From the NCBI RefSeq assembly GCF_006345805.1, contig NC_043005.1, forward strand, positions 23,560,001 through 23,624,000: a stretch of 64,000 nucleotides of DNA, given 5' to 3'. Positions 25,348 to 38,079 of this stretch are shown one piece after another. Position numbers and translations under genes: made by a program. A model generated the notes under the pieces. That model was not told the origin of the DNA. It ran no database searches and worked only from the letters and a program-made list of their open reading frames with translations. Each line of letters opens with the position of its first letter. Position 1 is the stretch's first letter. This DNA is from Octopus sinensis (Eukaryota).

Positions 25348-26150
25348 TCATCATCATCATCGTTTAATGTCCGCTTGCCATGCTAGCATGGGTTGGATAA
25401 TTTGACTGAGGACTGGCAAACCAGATGGCTGCACCAGGCTCCAATCTGATCTGGCAGAGTTTCTACAGCTGGATGCCCTTCCTAATGCCAACCACTCCGA
25501 AAAAGTAGTGGGTGCTTTTACGTGCCACTGACATGATGGCCAGTCAGGTGGTACTAGCAATGGCCATGCTCAAATGGTGTTTTTTGAGTGCCACCTGCAA
25601 AGGAGCCAGTCCAGCAGCACTGGCAATGGCCTTGCTTGAATGGCTTTTTCACGTGCCACCGGCATTTTTACGTACCACCGGCACAGAAGCCAGTCCACTG
25701 CTATGGCAACGATCACGCTCAGATGGTGCTCTTAGCGCTCCACTGGCATGGGTGCCAGTCATCAAATTTGATTCGATTTCGATTGCCTCAACAGGTCTTT
25801 GCAAGCAGAGTTTAGTGTCCAATGAAGGAAAGGTACGCATAAGTAGGCTGGTTACTCCCCTGGCATAGGCCACGGGTTATGGTCTCATTTGGCTTGCCGG
25901 GTCTTCTCATGCACTGCATATTTCCAAAGGTCTTAGTCACTAGTCATTGCCTCGGTGAGGCCTAATGTTCGAAGGTCGTGCTTCACCACCTCATCCCAGG
26001 TCTTCCTGGGTCTACCTCTTCCACAGGTTCTCTCAACCGCTAGGGTGTGGCGCTTTTACACACAGCTATCCTCATCCATTCTCACCACATGACCATACCA
26101 ATGCAGTTGTCTCTTTTGCACACCACACCTGATGCTTCTTAGGTCCAACT
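25348..26150 (-). mobile_element. 5'-truncated RTE LINE (3' UTR + end of ORF)
   Basis: Tail at 25348; the end of RT coding at 25900-26150 matches the full-length copies. Confidence 0.88.
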
Positions 26151-26214
26151 TTTCTCTATTAATATATATATATATATATATCAAAATTAAGTCAAATAGA
26201 AAGAAATTGTAGTT

Positions 26215-26424
26215 GGGAGTCCTGTGCTGGTAGTACATAAAAAGCACCCACTACACTCTCGGAGTTGTTGGCATTAGGAATGACATCCAACTGTAAAAAC
26301 ACTGCCAGATCAGATTGGGGCCTGGTGCAGCCTCCTGGCTTCCCAGACCCCAGTCGAACTGTCCAACCCATGCCAGCATGGAAAACGGACGTTAAATGAT
26401 GATGATGATGATGATGATGATGAT
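26215..26424 (+). mobile_element. RTE LINE 3'-terminal fragment, opposite orientation to the adjacent copy
   Basis: aaaaagcacccactacac...ggacgttaaa(tga)n. Confidence 0.85.
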
Positions 26425-26589
26425 ATATATATATAGATATATATATGACGGACTCTCCCATCAAAGATGATGTATGAGCTTTCAGCTTTTGCTGAATGAC
26501 CTTCATAAATGATTTGTTTATAGTGATCAAATGTTTTTGCTGCACATTAGGTCACTCTCTCCATCAAATCAACATTGTCTGAACAGGTG

Positions 26590-26732
26590 CATTGTGTACC
26601 ACACCTCAGGTGTCGAGGTGATCACAGAGCAGCGTGAGGTGAAGTGTTTTGCTTAAGAACACAACACACCACTCGGTCTAGGAATTGAAATCACGATCTT
26701 GCGGTCATGAGTCCAACTCCCTAATCACTATA
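26590..26732 (-). mobile_element. tRNA-derived SINE fragment (third family)
   Basis: Minus strand reads tagtgattagg...gatttcaattcctagacc...cttaagcaaaacacttcac: degenerate A/B boxes followed by a CORE-like segment. Confidence 0.5.
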
Positions 26733-26855
26733 TATATGTGTGTTTGTTTGTGTGTGTGTGTGTGTTTATTTGTGAATGTTCTTTTTGCTTCTTAACTGGA
26801 TATTATTGTTTGTGCGTATTTGACATCTATATCTACATGTTTCTTTTCATTTCAG

Positions 26856-26923
26856 CCACAAAAGTCATTGCACCAATGATGCAGAAGACTATGAAGATGA
26901 TTAAAAAGATGCAGAGACGATGA
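26856..26923 (+). CDS. ELOA: Elongin A last coding exon
   Basis: catttcag|CC ... TGA at 26921-26923. STKVIAPMMQKTMKMIKKMQRR* matches the conserved C-terminal IAPMMxKT motif. No clear AATAAA seen just downstream, so the 3' UTR end is undefined. Confidence 0.92.
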
Positions 26924-27589
26924 AAAAGATAAAAAACACATTTGAAAAGAATGATTATAACAAAATCGTTTGCCCTTAATGTTTTTCTCAAGTTTTTATT
27001 TTAATTCTAACTTCACGCCCTCTCTCTTCCTACTCTCTTCAAATCCCTCGTCACATTTTAATTTATCATTTACCTAATTTATATAAGTTTCTATATAAAA
27101 TTGTATAATAATATTTTTCTGATTTAAAAAAGAATCAAATTTTTTCTTTCTTTCTGTTTTTTTTTTAACTAGAATTCTTGAAAATGTATTTTATTTTAAT
27201 ACATTTTTCTCCTGTTTTTTTTTGAAATGATTGTAGATATCTTTTAGAGCTCAGTCAATGTTTTATTTAATCTTAACTTGAGACCTTAACTTCTTTAGCA
27301 CGAGTTACTTTTGGTGGGCCTACTATAAATTATTATAAATACCATTATTGAGAATGGAACAAAGAAGTGTTAAGCTCCTGGCAAGGCAAGTCAAGTGGTT
27401 TGGTTTCAATTCTTAGCCAAAGCCAGCTTACTTATACATTAACATCTTTGGGAAATACATTAACATCACCTCCTCTCTTCCTCCAAAAGTTGCAGCCTTG
27501 TGGATAAGTTAATGATCATCATCATCATTGTCATCGTCATTGTCATCATCATAGTCATCATCATTGTTGACATCATCATCATCATCATC

Positions 27590-30578
27590 ATCATAAGGAT
27601 GGTGGATAGCAGAGGTCTGTGGAACAGTGGGGAACAAAATGCCATACAGTTATGACCCTTCATGTTCTTAATTCAAATCTCCCTGGGTTTCGCTTAGCCT
27701 TTCTTCCTTTTTAAGAGGTTGATGAAGTAAGCACTAGTCAAACACAGAGGTCAGTGGAATCAACTGTTTCCTTGCTTCCAAATTTCTGGTCATGTGCCTA
27801 TGTTAAAAACCATCTTCCCCTTCCTCATCATCATTCTCGTTGTTATAAAATTTGAAATATGCAAATTACAATAAGAATTATGTAAATATAATTTACATCA
27901 AAGGCCAGTCTTCAGCTTCTTTACAATAAGCTGTAATACTTTATTAGCTTTGCAACAAGCTAACCACATACTTAGATTCTCAGTCTGAAAGAAAGACATT
28001 CTCCTCTTTTTTCTTATAGTGCCAAAGATCATATGACAGAAATTCTATCAAATTGACTAGTCGACGAGAAGGGGTGTTGGGTGATATAACATCCTACGTC
28101 AGTGCTTTGTCTTTAGTGAATGGCACTGCAGTCACATTGTCCAGACACAGTCTTGGCATTGAACACATTTGATGGTTGTTTTTTAAAAATTCCTCGTGGG
28201 GCAATGGATTGGTGGAATCATTAGGAGCATTGGATGAAATTCTTTGCAGTATTTAGTTACGACTTTTTACATTCTGAGTTCAAGTCTTACTAAGGTTAAC
28301 TTTGCGTTTCATCTTTCTATGGGTTGATAAAAGTAAAGTACCAGTTGTCTTTCTGGTGTGTGACAAAATAACTAAGATTCAGGTATCCCATAAAATTGTG
28401 GCCTTGATCATATGTCAGAAACAACTGGCAAATTGACAGAATTGTTTGTACATCAGGTAAAAATGCTTAGTGACGTTTCTTCTGGTTGTTTATGTTTTAA
28501 GTTCAAATGCTGCTGAGTTTGATTTGGCCTTTCATCCTTTAAGGCTCAATAAAATAAGTACCAGTTAAAACATTGGGTTGATGTAATTGACCAATCCTAT
28601 CCCCCAAATTTCTAATCCTGCTTTTATTTTAGAAACAATTATTATTGTTATCCTGCTTTTGTACACGGACTTTTTCAAACGGAAAAAAACCCTTTGTAAC
28701 TTTCGTCCTGTGTTTTGTCCCTTTATGTTTAAATTGATTTTTGTTAGCCCTTGTGGCCAATAAACGAATGAATTATTATTATTATTATTATTATTGAGTG
28801 AGAGAGCAGTGCATGCCATCAAAGTGACACTGGGGTACAAATATACAAAGCCCAATATATCCATCATGACTAGCCATCTGATAAGGATACACCAGGCACA
28901 TGCATCACAACCATACGTGTGACATGCTGATCTAATATCAAGGTAAACAGCGCATGACCTTGCAGGTGGGGACCCAGTTAGAATTTTCTTCAGGTTGAGC
29001 CTACCCGCTCAAAAGGTCCCTGAATAAGTTTTGTTTAAGGCTGATGAATAAAACGCCTGTGTTTCCAAAGGTGAATTATTTAAACCCCAAAGAATTCCTC
29101 TCAACACATGGCTATGATGCTCTCCCACTACTTCTGCTCATGATCAGAGATGCACATATCGTCAGCCACTAAGGGACATGGTCAACTGATTAAGGTTAAA
29201 CAACTGACAAGCAAATCTGTGGTATTGAGCAGAATATTTGTTGTAGCCCATCTTTTATACCAAGACAAAACAATGCACATAATAACACTTCCAATCAGTT
29301 AAGATCAGAAGCCATGAGAGCCACTGCTTGGTGCTGTTGTTGTTGTTGTTGTTGTTATTAAGGTGGTGAGCTGGCAGAATCGTTAGCACACTGGATGAAA
29401 TGTTTAGTGATATTTCACCTGTTGCTACCGTCTGAGTTCAAATTCTCCTAAGGTAGACTTTAATCCTTTCAAGGTTGATAAATTAAGTACCAGTGAAACA
29501 CTGGGGTCAATGTAATCGACTTACCCCTGCCTTGTGCCTGTAGTATTTCAGGCCTTGTGCTATAGTAGAAAAGATTATTATTATTATTTTTAATATTATT
29601 ATTAAAGTGAATAGCTGGCAGAACCATTAGCATGCTGGACAAAATGCTTAGTGGTATTTCATCCATCTTTATGTTCTGAGTTCAAATTCCACCGAGGTTG
29701 ACTTTGCCTTTCATCCTTTCGGGGCGATAAAATAAGTACCGGCTGAGTATTGGGGTTGATATAATCGACTATCCCCATCCCCCAAAATTTCAGACCTTGT
29801 ATCTATAGTAGAAAGAATTATTATTATTATTATTATCATCATCATCATCATCATCATCATCAATCATTATTATTTGGGAAGTGAATGACAAAATACTTAA
29901 GTGGTATTTCAGCTGTCTTCACGTTTTGAGTTCAAATTCTGCCGAGGTTGACTTTGCCTTTCATCCTTCAAGGGCCATTAAAATAAGTACCAGATAAGTA
30001 TTAGCACCATATTATTGATTATGTTATTATGTTTATCGTATTGGAGGTGGTGAGCTGGCAGAGTCGTTAGCACACTGGAGGAAATGCTTAGCAGTATTGA
30101 GTCCATTGCTATGTTCTGTGTTTAAATTCTGCCGAGGTTGACTTTGCCCTCTTCCCTTTAGGGTCAATAAATTAAGTACCAGTGACCGGTGTAATTGACT
30201 AGTACCCTCCCCCAAAATTTCAGGTCTTGTACCCATAATATAAAAGATTATTATTATTATTATTATTATTATCATTAGCACACAAAATGCTTAGTGGCAT
30301 TTCGTCTGTCTTTATGTTCTGAGTTCAAAATCTGCCAAGGTCAGCTTTGTCTTTCATCCTTTTGGGGTTGGGCCGGCAGAATTATTAGCATGTCAGGCAA
30401 AAATGTTTCTAACATTGGACTGTGGCTGTGCTGGGGCATTACCCCAGTGCTTGATATTTTATTTAAAATCTGGTATGTACTCTATCGGTCTCGTTTGCTG
30501 GGACACAAACAAACCAACACCGGTTGTCAAGTGACTTGAGGACAAACACACTCACACACACACACATGCACACACACG

Positions 30579-30611
<33 letters not shown>

Positions 30612-30860
30612 ACAATGGACTTCCACACAATTTCCATCAACCACATTCTTTTCTACTTTAAGCACAAGCCCTGAAATTCTTGGGAAGGAGGCCAGTTGAT
30701 TAGATCGACTCCAGAACGCAACTGGTACTTAATTTATTGAACCTGAAAAGATGAAAGGCAAGGTCAACCTCAATGGAATTTGAACTCGGAACGTAAAGAC
30801 ATGAAATACCGCTAAGCATTTTGCCTGTCGTGCTAACGTTTCTGCCAGCTTGCTGCCTTT
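27590..30860. mobile_element. Cluster of about 9 family A SINE copies (tail type 2), mostly + strand, separated by (ATT)n/(CAT)n
   Basis: Repeated ggtgagctggcagaa...gagttcaaattc...gaggttgactttgcctttcatcc...aagtaccag units at ~27590, 28190, 28440, 29360, 29603, 29890, 30045, 30275 (+) and 30645 (-). Confidence 0.8.
28796..29336 (-). mobile_element. ~540-bp non-coding interspersed element embedded in (TAA)n (copy 1)
   Basis: Colinear homolog at 55266-55790 with the same ends; both flanked by ATT/GTT trinucleotide runs. Orientation inferred from a presumed ...ctctctcactc(aat)n tail. Confidence 0.75.
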
Positions 30861-31614
30861 CCATCAACCACATTCACTCACAGGGCATTGGTCAGCCTAG
30901 TACTATAGTAGAAGACACTTGCCCAAAGTGTCACGCAGTGGGACTGAACCCAAAACATTGTCGTTTCAAAGTAAGCCTTGTAATTTACACATGCATTCCT
31001 TTGTTAAAATTCTGTGATCAAATTTTGCTTTGGCTGACTATTTTTTTTTGAGAAGCATGAAAGCAACAAAATCAATTTTAGTGAACTTTGAACATGGAAT
31101 GTGAAAGGTTTGAACTAGAAATCTGCAGGCTTTAAATCTGGTGCTCAACTGATCTTGTGGGTTTCTCGCTTGAACTGCACAGATGAACTTACAACATAAT
31201 GACATGGAGTGTAAGGTGTGCTGAGCCACTTACTAGCTCGTAGTTCTTGTTCAAATCCACTGTGAGCATTTTATTTTGTATTACATCATCGTCATCAACA
31301 TCATTGTTTTAATGTTCGCTCTTCCATGTTTGCATGGGCCAGATGGAATTCGTTAAGGCAGATTTTCTATGGCCGGATACTTTTCCTGCCATCAAACCTC
31401 ATCTGTTTCCAAGCAAGATAATATTTCTTCATAGCCATGCATGTTTCCATGGAAGATTGGAAATTAACAACACTGCTAGTTTAACAGTGATACTTGTCTA
31501 CAACTATCATGCAATGTCATAGCACAAAACACATGCTCTCTCACACACACACATGCATACAGACACATGTATATAGGCTTCTTTTAATATCCATCTACCA
31601 AATTCTCATACAAG

Positions 31615-31982
31615 GCTAGCGCGGAAAACGGACGTTAAACGATGATGATGATGATATACATATATATATATATAGAGAGAGAGCTATAATGAACAAGCTG
31701 AATTATAGCATGTGACCAAATGAAAAGACAACAAAGCATGATGTAAGATCTCAAGATTTGACTATCATTTCTAGCACATTGAGTGACTACATAGAAGTTC
31801 CATCACTGGGGCTTAAGGAACAATTCCGCCAATAGGGTTCCAGCCTTCTATCTGTCACATCCTGGGCACATTATCACATACGATACGAGCCTCAACATAG
31901 TCATTTAACTCTTTTTGAAAGAGCTGCTGTATTTCCTTCAAAAATCACTTTTCATTATCTTTAGAGAAGAAGGGCAATAGAT
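31615..31982 (+). repeat. ~365-bp near-identical duplicate of 38433-38790, interrupting a family B SINE
   Basis: About 4 substitutions plus a (TA)n length difference by eye. SINE B sequence stops at ...catacaagg and resumes at ggtgcatgcag. Confidence 0.9.
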
Positions 31983-33315
31983 GGTGCATGCAGTTGGATT
32001 GAACCTGAACCTACATGGTTGGGAAGAAAACTTCTTAATCACATAGCCATGTCGACACCTAACACATCTCAGCATATAAAATTAGGTAGTAGCATATGTG
32101 CCACAGCATGGCCACATTGTCACAAAGTTTACTTGGCAACTGCATAGTTTCAGGTTCATTACCTCTGCATGTCACCCTAGGCAAGTGACTTTTTCTATAA
32201 CCTTGTTTTGATCGATGCTTTGTGAGTGAAATTTGGTTGACAGGAACCATTTGGTTGACCATCAGGAGGGATTGGTTTTCATCTTGTGTACTGGACTTCA
32301 TTACTTGGTTGTTGGGTGTCTTCAGTAGAGCATCCATTGCTACAAGTACTGACAGCCTCTGTATTAGGGGAAGACGGTGTTCTAGAAGATCTTGCTAAAA
32401 CATAGAATTGAACATTAAGCCTATTTTCCATTGACCTCCATGTTACATGGACATCAATAGACATTGAAGCTAATGTTTCATGTAGCAAAATTCTGTACTA
32501 TGGTAGGATTTTCAGGAAACTATAATAGATGCTTATATTTGGGACAGATCTCTGGTCCGAGGATAATTTTCTCTTTTGTTTCCACTCGTCATGGAGGCCC
32601 TGAAGAAAGGTGCCGAACTCTCCCTTTCCTCTTACTAAATCATTAAAAACATCCCCCTCATCTCTTCCTCCCAGATGGACTGGTGTTGTTATCAAGAGGA
32701 AGGTTTATCTTATGGATTGTTCAGTGTCACAAAAGCTTGTGTGTCCCAAGGACTACTTAGGTGTGTTTGTGGGATTCTGTTATGAGAAGAAATGCAGAAA
32801 TAAAGACGACAATAACAGCTAAATACATAATGTTATTATTGGCTTTCATGTCACTAAAGACTGGGTCGTTGGAATCCTTTGTACCACATCCCTGGCTATA
32901 TCATTCATTAATTCTTGCCAGGCCCTCATTTAATAATATTTAGGCTCTTGTATCATAAAAAAAAGTTTAAAGAAATAGAAGACATTTTTTTTGTCTGAAT
33001 ATGTAGATGGCATTGCAAGTGAGAGGCGTCAAATATCTCAACCAGTCATAAATAAATAAAAATTCAAGTAAAATAGAAGAAAAAATAGTTTCTTTTTTTT
33101 TTCATTTGTATATTTTTTTATTTATAAATAAAATTTTTGATCTCACCAGTTTAGGAGTGCTGGTGGAATCTTGCTGAAATGGGTGAGGTCAATTGGTGAG
33201 GCCCTAAGCAGCTTCTGACTGTAATTATCGTAATGTATTACAAAATTAGACAGGTGTGTATGTTAAAAAATGGATAAAGCAAAGATAAGAGTCAAAGCAA
33301 CCTCTACTGCTACAA

Positions 33316-33368
<53 letters not shown>

Positions 33369-33496
33369 ACAAAGTGAAGCTGTAAGGTACTGCATGAGTG
33401 GAAATATATATGAAAGAAGGTTTGAAAATGTAATTTTAAACATCTTTAAAATTGCATTTTCAAGCCTTCTTTCATATATATATATATACATATATA

Positions 33497-36400
33497 TCAT
33501 CATCATCGTTTAGCGTCCGTTTTCCATGCTAGCATGGGTTGGACGGTTCTACTGGGGTCTGTGAAGCCAGAAGGCTTCATCAGGCCCAGTCAAATCTGGC
33601 AGTGTTTCTACGGCTGGATGCCCTTCCTAACGCCAACCACTCCGTGAGTGTAGTGGGTGCTTTTTACGTGCCACCCGCACTGGTGCCAGACAGAGCTGGC
33701 AAACGGCCACGAACGGATGGTGCTTTTTATGTGCCACCGGCACGAGGGCCAGGCGAGGCTGGCAACGGACACGAAACGGGGCGGTGCTGGCAACGGTCGC
33801 GAAACGGAAAGTTCTCTTACATGCCACCGGCACTGGTAACACATCTGCAATTTCCATTGATCGATTTCGATTCTGATCCTCACTTGCCTCAACGGGTCTT
33901 CACAAGTAGAGTTTCGACATGCCACCGGCACTGGTAACACATCCGCAATTTCCATTGATTGATTTCAATTCTGATCCTCACTTGCCTCAACACGTCTTCA
34001 CAAGTAGAGTTTTGTGTCCCAAGAAGGGAAGGTATGCATATGTAGGCTGGCTCCATCCCATGTAGAAGGCCACGGGTTATGGACTCACTTGTCCTGCCGG
34101 GTCTTCTCGTGCACAGCACACTTCCAGAGGTCTCGGTCTCTAGTCATTTCCTCAGTGAGACCTAAAGTTCGAAGGTCGTGCTTCACCACCTCGTCCCAGG
34201 TTTTCCTGGGTCTGCCTCTTCTACAGGTTCCCTCAACCGCTAGGGTGTGGCACTTTTTCACACAACTATCTTCATCCATTCTCGCCACATGACCATACCA
34301 GCGCAAACGTCTCTCTTGCACACCACAACTGATGCTTCTTAGGTCCAGCTTTTCTCTCAAGGTACTTACACTCTGCCGAGTGTGAGTACCGGCATTACAC
34401 ATCCATCGGAGCATACTGGCTTCATTTCTAGCGAGCTTACGCATATCCTCAGCAGTCACGGCCCATGTTTCACTGCCATGTAGCATGGCTGTTCGTACAC
34501 ACGCATCATACAGTCTGCCTTTCACTCTGTGCGAGAGGCCTTTTGTCACCAGCAGAGGTAAGAGCTCTCTGAACTTTGCCCAAGCTATTCTTACTCTAGC
34601 AGTTACACTTTCAGCACACCCGCCCCCACTGCTGACTTGGTCACCTAGGTAACGGAAACTATCAACTATTTCTAGTTTTTCTCCCTGGAAAGTGACGGAA
34701 GTTGGTCTCAGAGCATTTTCAGGTTTATTGTTCCTGAGCATCTGCACATACAAAAACCATCTTCCTAGTTAGCCTTCCTTTGACATTGCTGCATCTCTTA
34801 TGTGTCCATAGCTTACACTTGGTGCATCTTATAGAGTTTCTACCTACACCTTTTCTACAGATCGAGCAGGGCCATCTACCTGAAGGTGTTTGTGATTTGT
34901 CTACCTTCCTACTGATTACGACTTTGGTTTTAGCTAGATTGACTCTGAGGCCCTTCGATTCTAATCCTTGTTTCCACACCTGAAACTTCTCCTCCAGTTC
35001 TGATAGCGACTCAGCAATTAGAGCAAGGTCATCAGCATAGAGGAGCTCCCAAGGGCATCCTGTCTTGAATTCCTCCGTTATTGCCTGGAGGACTATGATA
35101 AATAGGAGGGGGCTGAGTACTGAGCCTTGGTGGACCCCTACCTCTACCCGGAATTCTTCACTGTACTCATTTCCAACCCTCACCCTACTAGCAGCGTCCC
35201 TATACATGGCCGCACAGCTCTCACTAACCATTCATCTATCCCTAGTTTCCTCATTGCCCACCAGATAAGGGATCGGGGGACCCTGTCGAAGGCTTTCTCC
35301 ATGTCAACAAAAGCCAGGTACAGGGGCTTATCTTTGGCTAGGTATTTCTCCTGCAGCTGCCTTACCAGGAATATAGCATCAGTAGTACTTTTCCCTGGCA
35401 CAAACCCAAACTGCATCTCATCTAAACTAACTCTCTCTCTAATTAGTTGGGCTATGACCCTCTCCGTAACCTTCATCACCTGATCCAACAGCTTGATACC
35501 TCTGTAGTTATTTGTATCTAGGGCATCACCTTTACCTTTGTAGCAGTTGACTATTATACTGCTACACCAGTCATTGGGTATGACTCCTTGTGTATCACCT
35601 GATTAACTATACGGGTGACTAGGCTATAGCCGACGCTACCAGACATTTTGAGCATCTCTGCAGTGATTCCTGATGGGCCTGGGGCTTTTCCTGTCTTCAT
35701 GCTTCTAATTGCCTTAGCTACCACGGAACTATCAACTCGGATAGCTGGTCCCTCTGTTGGGTCAACATTCGGCAGACTCTCTTTATCCCATTCATTTTCT
35801 TCATTCAGCAACCTTTCATAGTGGCATCTCCAAACCTCTCTCTTTGCATCCTCATTTAGCGCAAGTGAACCATCTTCCATGCGAACACACTTCTCTCCTA
35901 CCACATCACGATTCTCTCTCACACACTGTCTTGCAACGCGAAACACCTCCAGTCTTTGGTCCTCACGGCGCAGAACATTGGCAAATTTTTTCTTATCTGC
36001 TTCCCCTCTGGCTAAATAAACCTGTCTCCTAGCTTCTCTTTTGGCAGTCTGATACAATTCCCTGCTACCCCCATTTTTCCAGACCTTCCAAGCCTGTCTC
36101 TTTTGTCTAATATCCCTGTCTACAATATTGTTCCACCACCACGTTATTCTAGGTCGAGAGGGGACTTTGCACCAGCCACAGATCTGGTCAGTGGCTCTCA
36201 GCAGGTTGTCCCTTAGAAACGTCCAGCTGTCTTCTACCCCCTGTGATGCTCTATCCCCTTCTACTTCCTCAGAGGCTTCAAGTAATATGTCCCTAAATCT
36301 CTGTCCATTTGCAGGATCTTTAAGCTTCCAGATCCTTCTTCTCCATATTTGTCGTCTTCTGGTTGTCCTCATAGTCCTGATCCTAAAGTCACTAACTACC

Positions 36401-37417
36401 AGTCTATGTTGTGGGGTACATTATTCACCTGGGAAGGTTTTGGCATTTATAAGCAGCCATCTCTCCCTTTGCCTTGCAAGGATGTAGTCAATTTGGCTGG
36501 TATGTTGGCCCGATCGGTAAGTGACTAGGTGGCTGGTAGGTTTCCTGAAGTTAGTGTTGCAAATCATAAGATTATTTGCATCGCAGAACTCCAGCAGCCT
36601 GGTTCCCTCCTCGTTGCGGGAGCCATAGCCATAGCCTCCATGTACGCCATGGAAGCCCCCAGCATGTCGTCCAACGTGACCATTGAAGTCACCAGCCACA
36701 AAGATAAGGTCTCTGTCGTTCGTCAACGAGGTAGTCTGCAGTAGAGTGTCATAGAATCGGTCTTTCTGTCCATCGGGTAGCCCCGACTGAGGAGCATAGG
36801 CTGATATAATGGTTGCTAAACTATGATGAAGCACTAATCTAAACTTAAGTATTCTGTCACATACTCTGATTACCTCAATTACTTTATCTACCCATTTCTC
36901 AGCGATAAGTATACCCACGCCACCAACCCCGTCAGTGTTCCCTGCCCAGAAAATCTTGTACCTGCGTTCCTTGCCTGTGAGGAACCTAGCTGATCCTCCT
37001 CTCCACCTTATTTCTTGCATGCAACATATATCCACACATCTCCGTTCAAGCATCTCGACTATCTCACCAGACCTACCTTTCAGAGTGCCAACGTTGAGGG
37101 TGCCAACCCTGAGGGTGTGGGAGGCATGGGCTCTAGAGACCCTGGGACGGTGGACAGTAGCTTCGTGTACCTGAAAAGAAAGCTCGCATTTGGCAGAAAT
37201 GTGCAAGTAATGAAGTAGTAAAGTAGCCTTCAGTACAACCTGCATAACACTAGCCTTTCATATTTTTTTTTTTGCACTGTATGAACATTACCTTACACAG
37301 GTCGAGACTAGGGGTAGGGAGGGGTAGGGATGGTGAGAGCATTTGCAGTCTTCATGGGAAGCAACCCCGGAATGGCAAAGAATAGGAACTTCCGGCATGT
37401 GTGGTGGGGGCGGGTGT
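33497..37417 (-). mobile_element. Near full-length RTE-clade LINE (second copy), frameshifted
   Basis: ORF pieces 36421-37245, 35554-36372, 35180-35488, 34725-35231 and 34085-34753, colinear with the 15844-19930 copy. (GAT)n tail at 33497 next to (TA)n. 5' boundary approximate. Confidence 0.95.
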
Positions 37418-38079
37418 ACCGTAGCTGAGTAAAGAGGTTCTGTTAATCGTATGAGCTAGCAAAAGGGTTTGTATGAACCGGGAGACAAGACTAAACGAAA
37501 AATTGAAAAATCAGAGTGGCTATGAACCGGGAGACAAGACTAAACGAAAAAAATGTTTGAGCTAGACAGGGTAATGAGGGAATACTGAAAGAATGAGGAA
37601 CAATACAATGAGATGGAAATTGAAGAATAGAGAAAGAATAAAGATAAGTGCAAGAAAGAAGGTAGTCGTAGCGAGGTTGGACGATTCACTTAACTTTTAG
37701 CCATTCATGATCTGTGCGTATTCTTCTTTAGATATTTTGAAGCGAGTGGGGTTAACGATAAATGCGATCGCTCTTTTATATATGGCGATGATGGTTTTGG
37801 GAAGGGGAGGGGGGCATAGAGAACCATGGCGATGATGGTTATGGGAAGGGGGGACATAGAGAGAGAGATAGGGTTAGTTAGAGAGAGAGGTCAAGGGACA
37901 AGTGACAATAAAGCGGTGTGAGGGAATTTGACTGGGGACGGCATTGTCGATAAATAAATATTAGATAAATAGGTTTGAAAATCAGAAAAATCAGAGGGAA
38001 TATCATTATTGATAGCTAATATAACACCGTAGCTGAGTAAAGAGGTTCTGTTAATCGTGTATATATATATATATATGTG

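Noticed and set aside
32059-32950. Short minus-strand ORFs, including a signal-peptide-like MKANNNIMYLAVIVVFISAFLLITES
   Set aside because: Stops in all frames, no recognisable homology and no consistent exon chain.
33560-33600. Minus-strand CTGATGA ... GAAA resembling a hammerhead in the RTE tail
   Set aside because: Other copies read cctggtgcagcc at this position, so CTGATGA is a copy-specific mutation; no convincing stems I-III.
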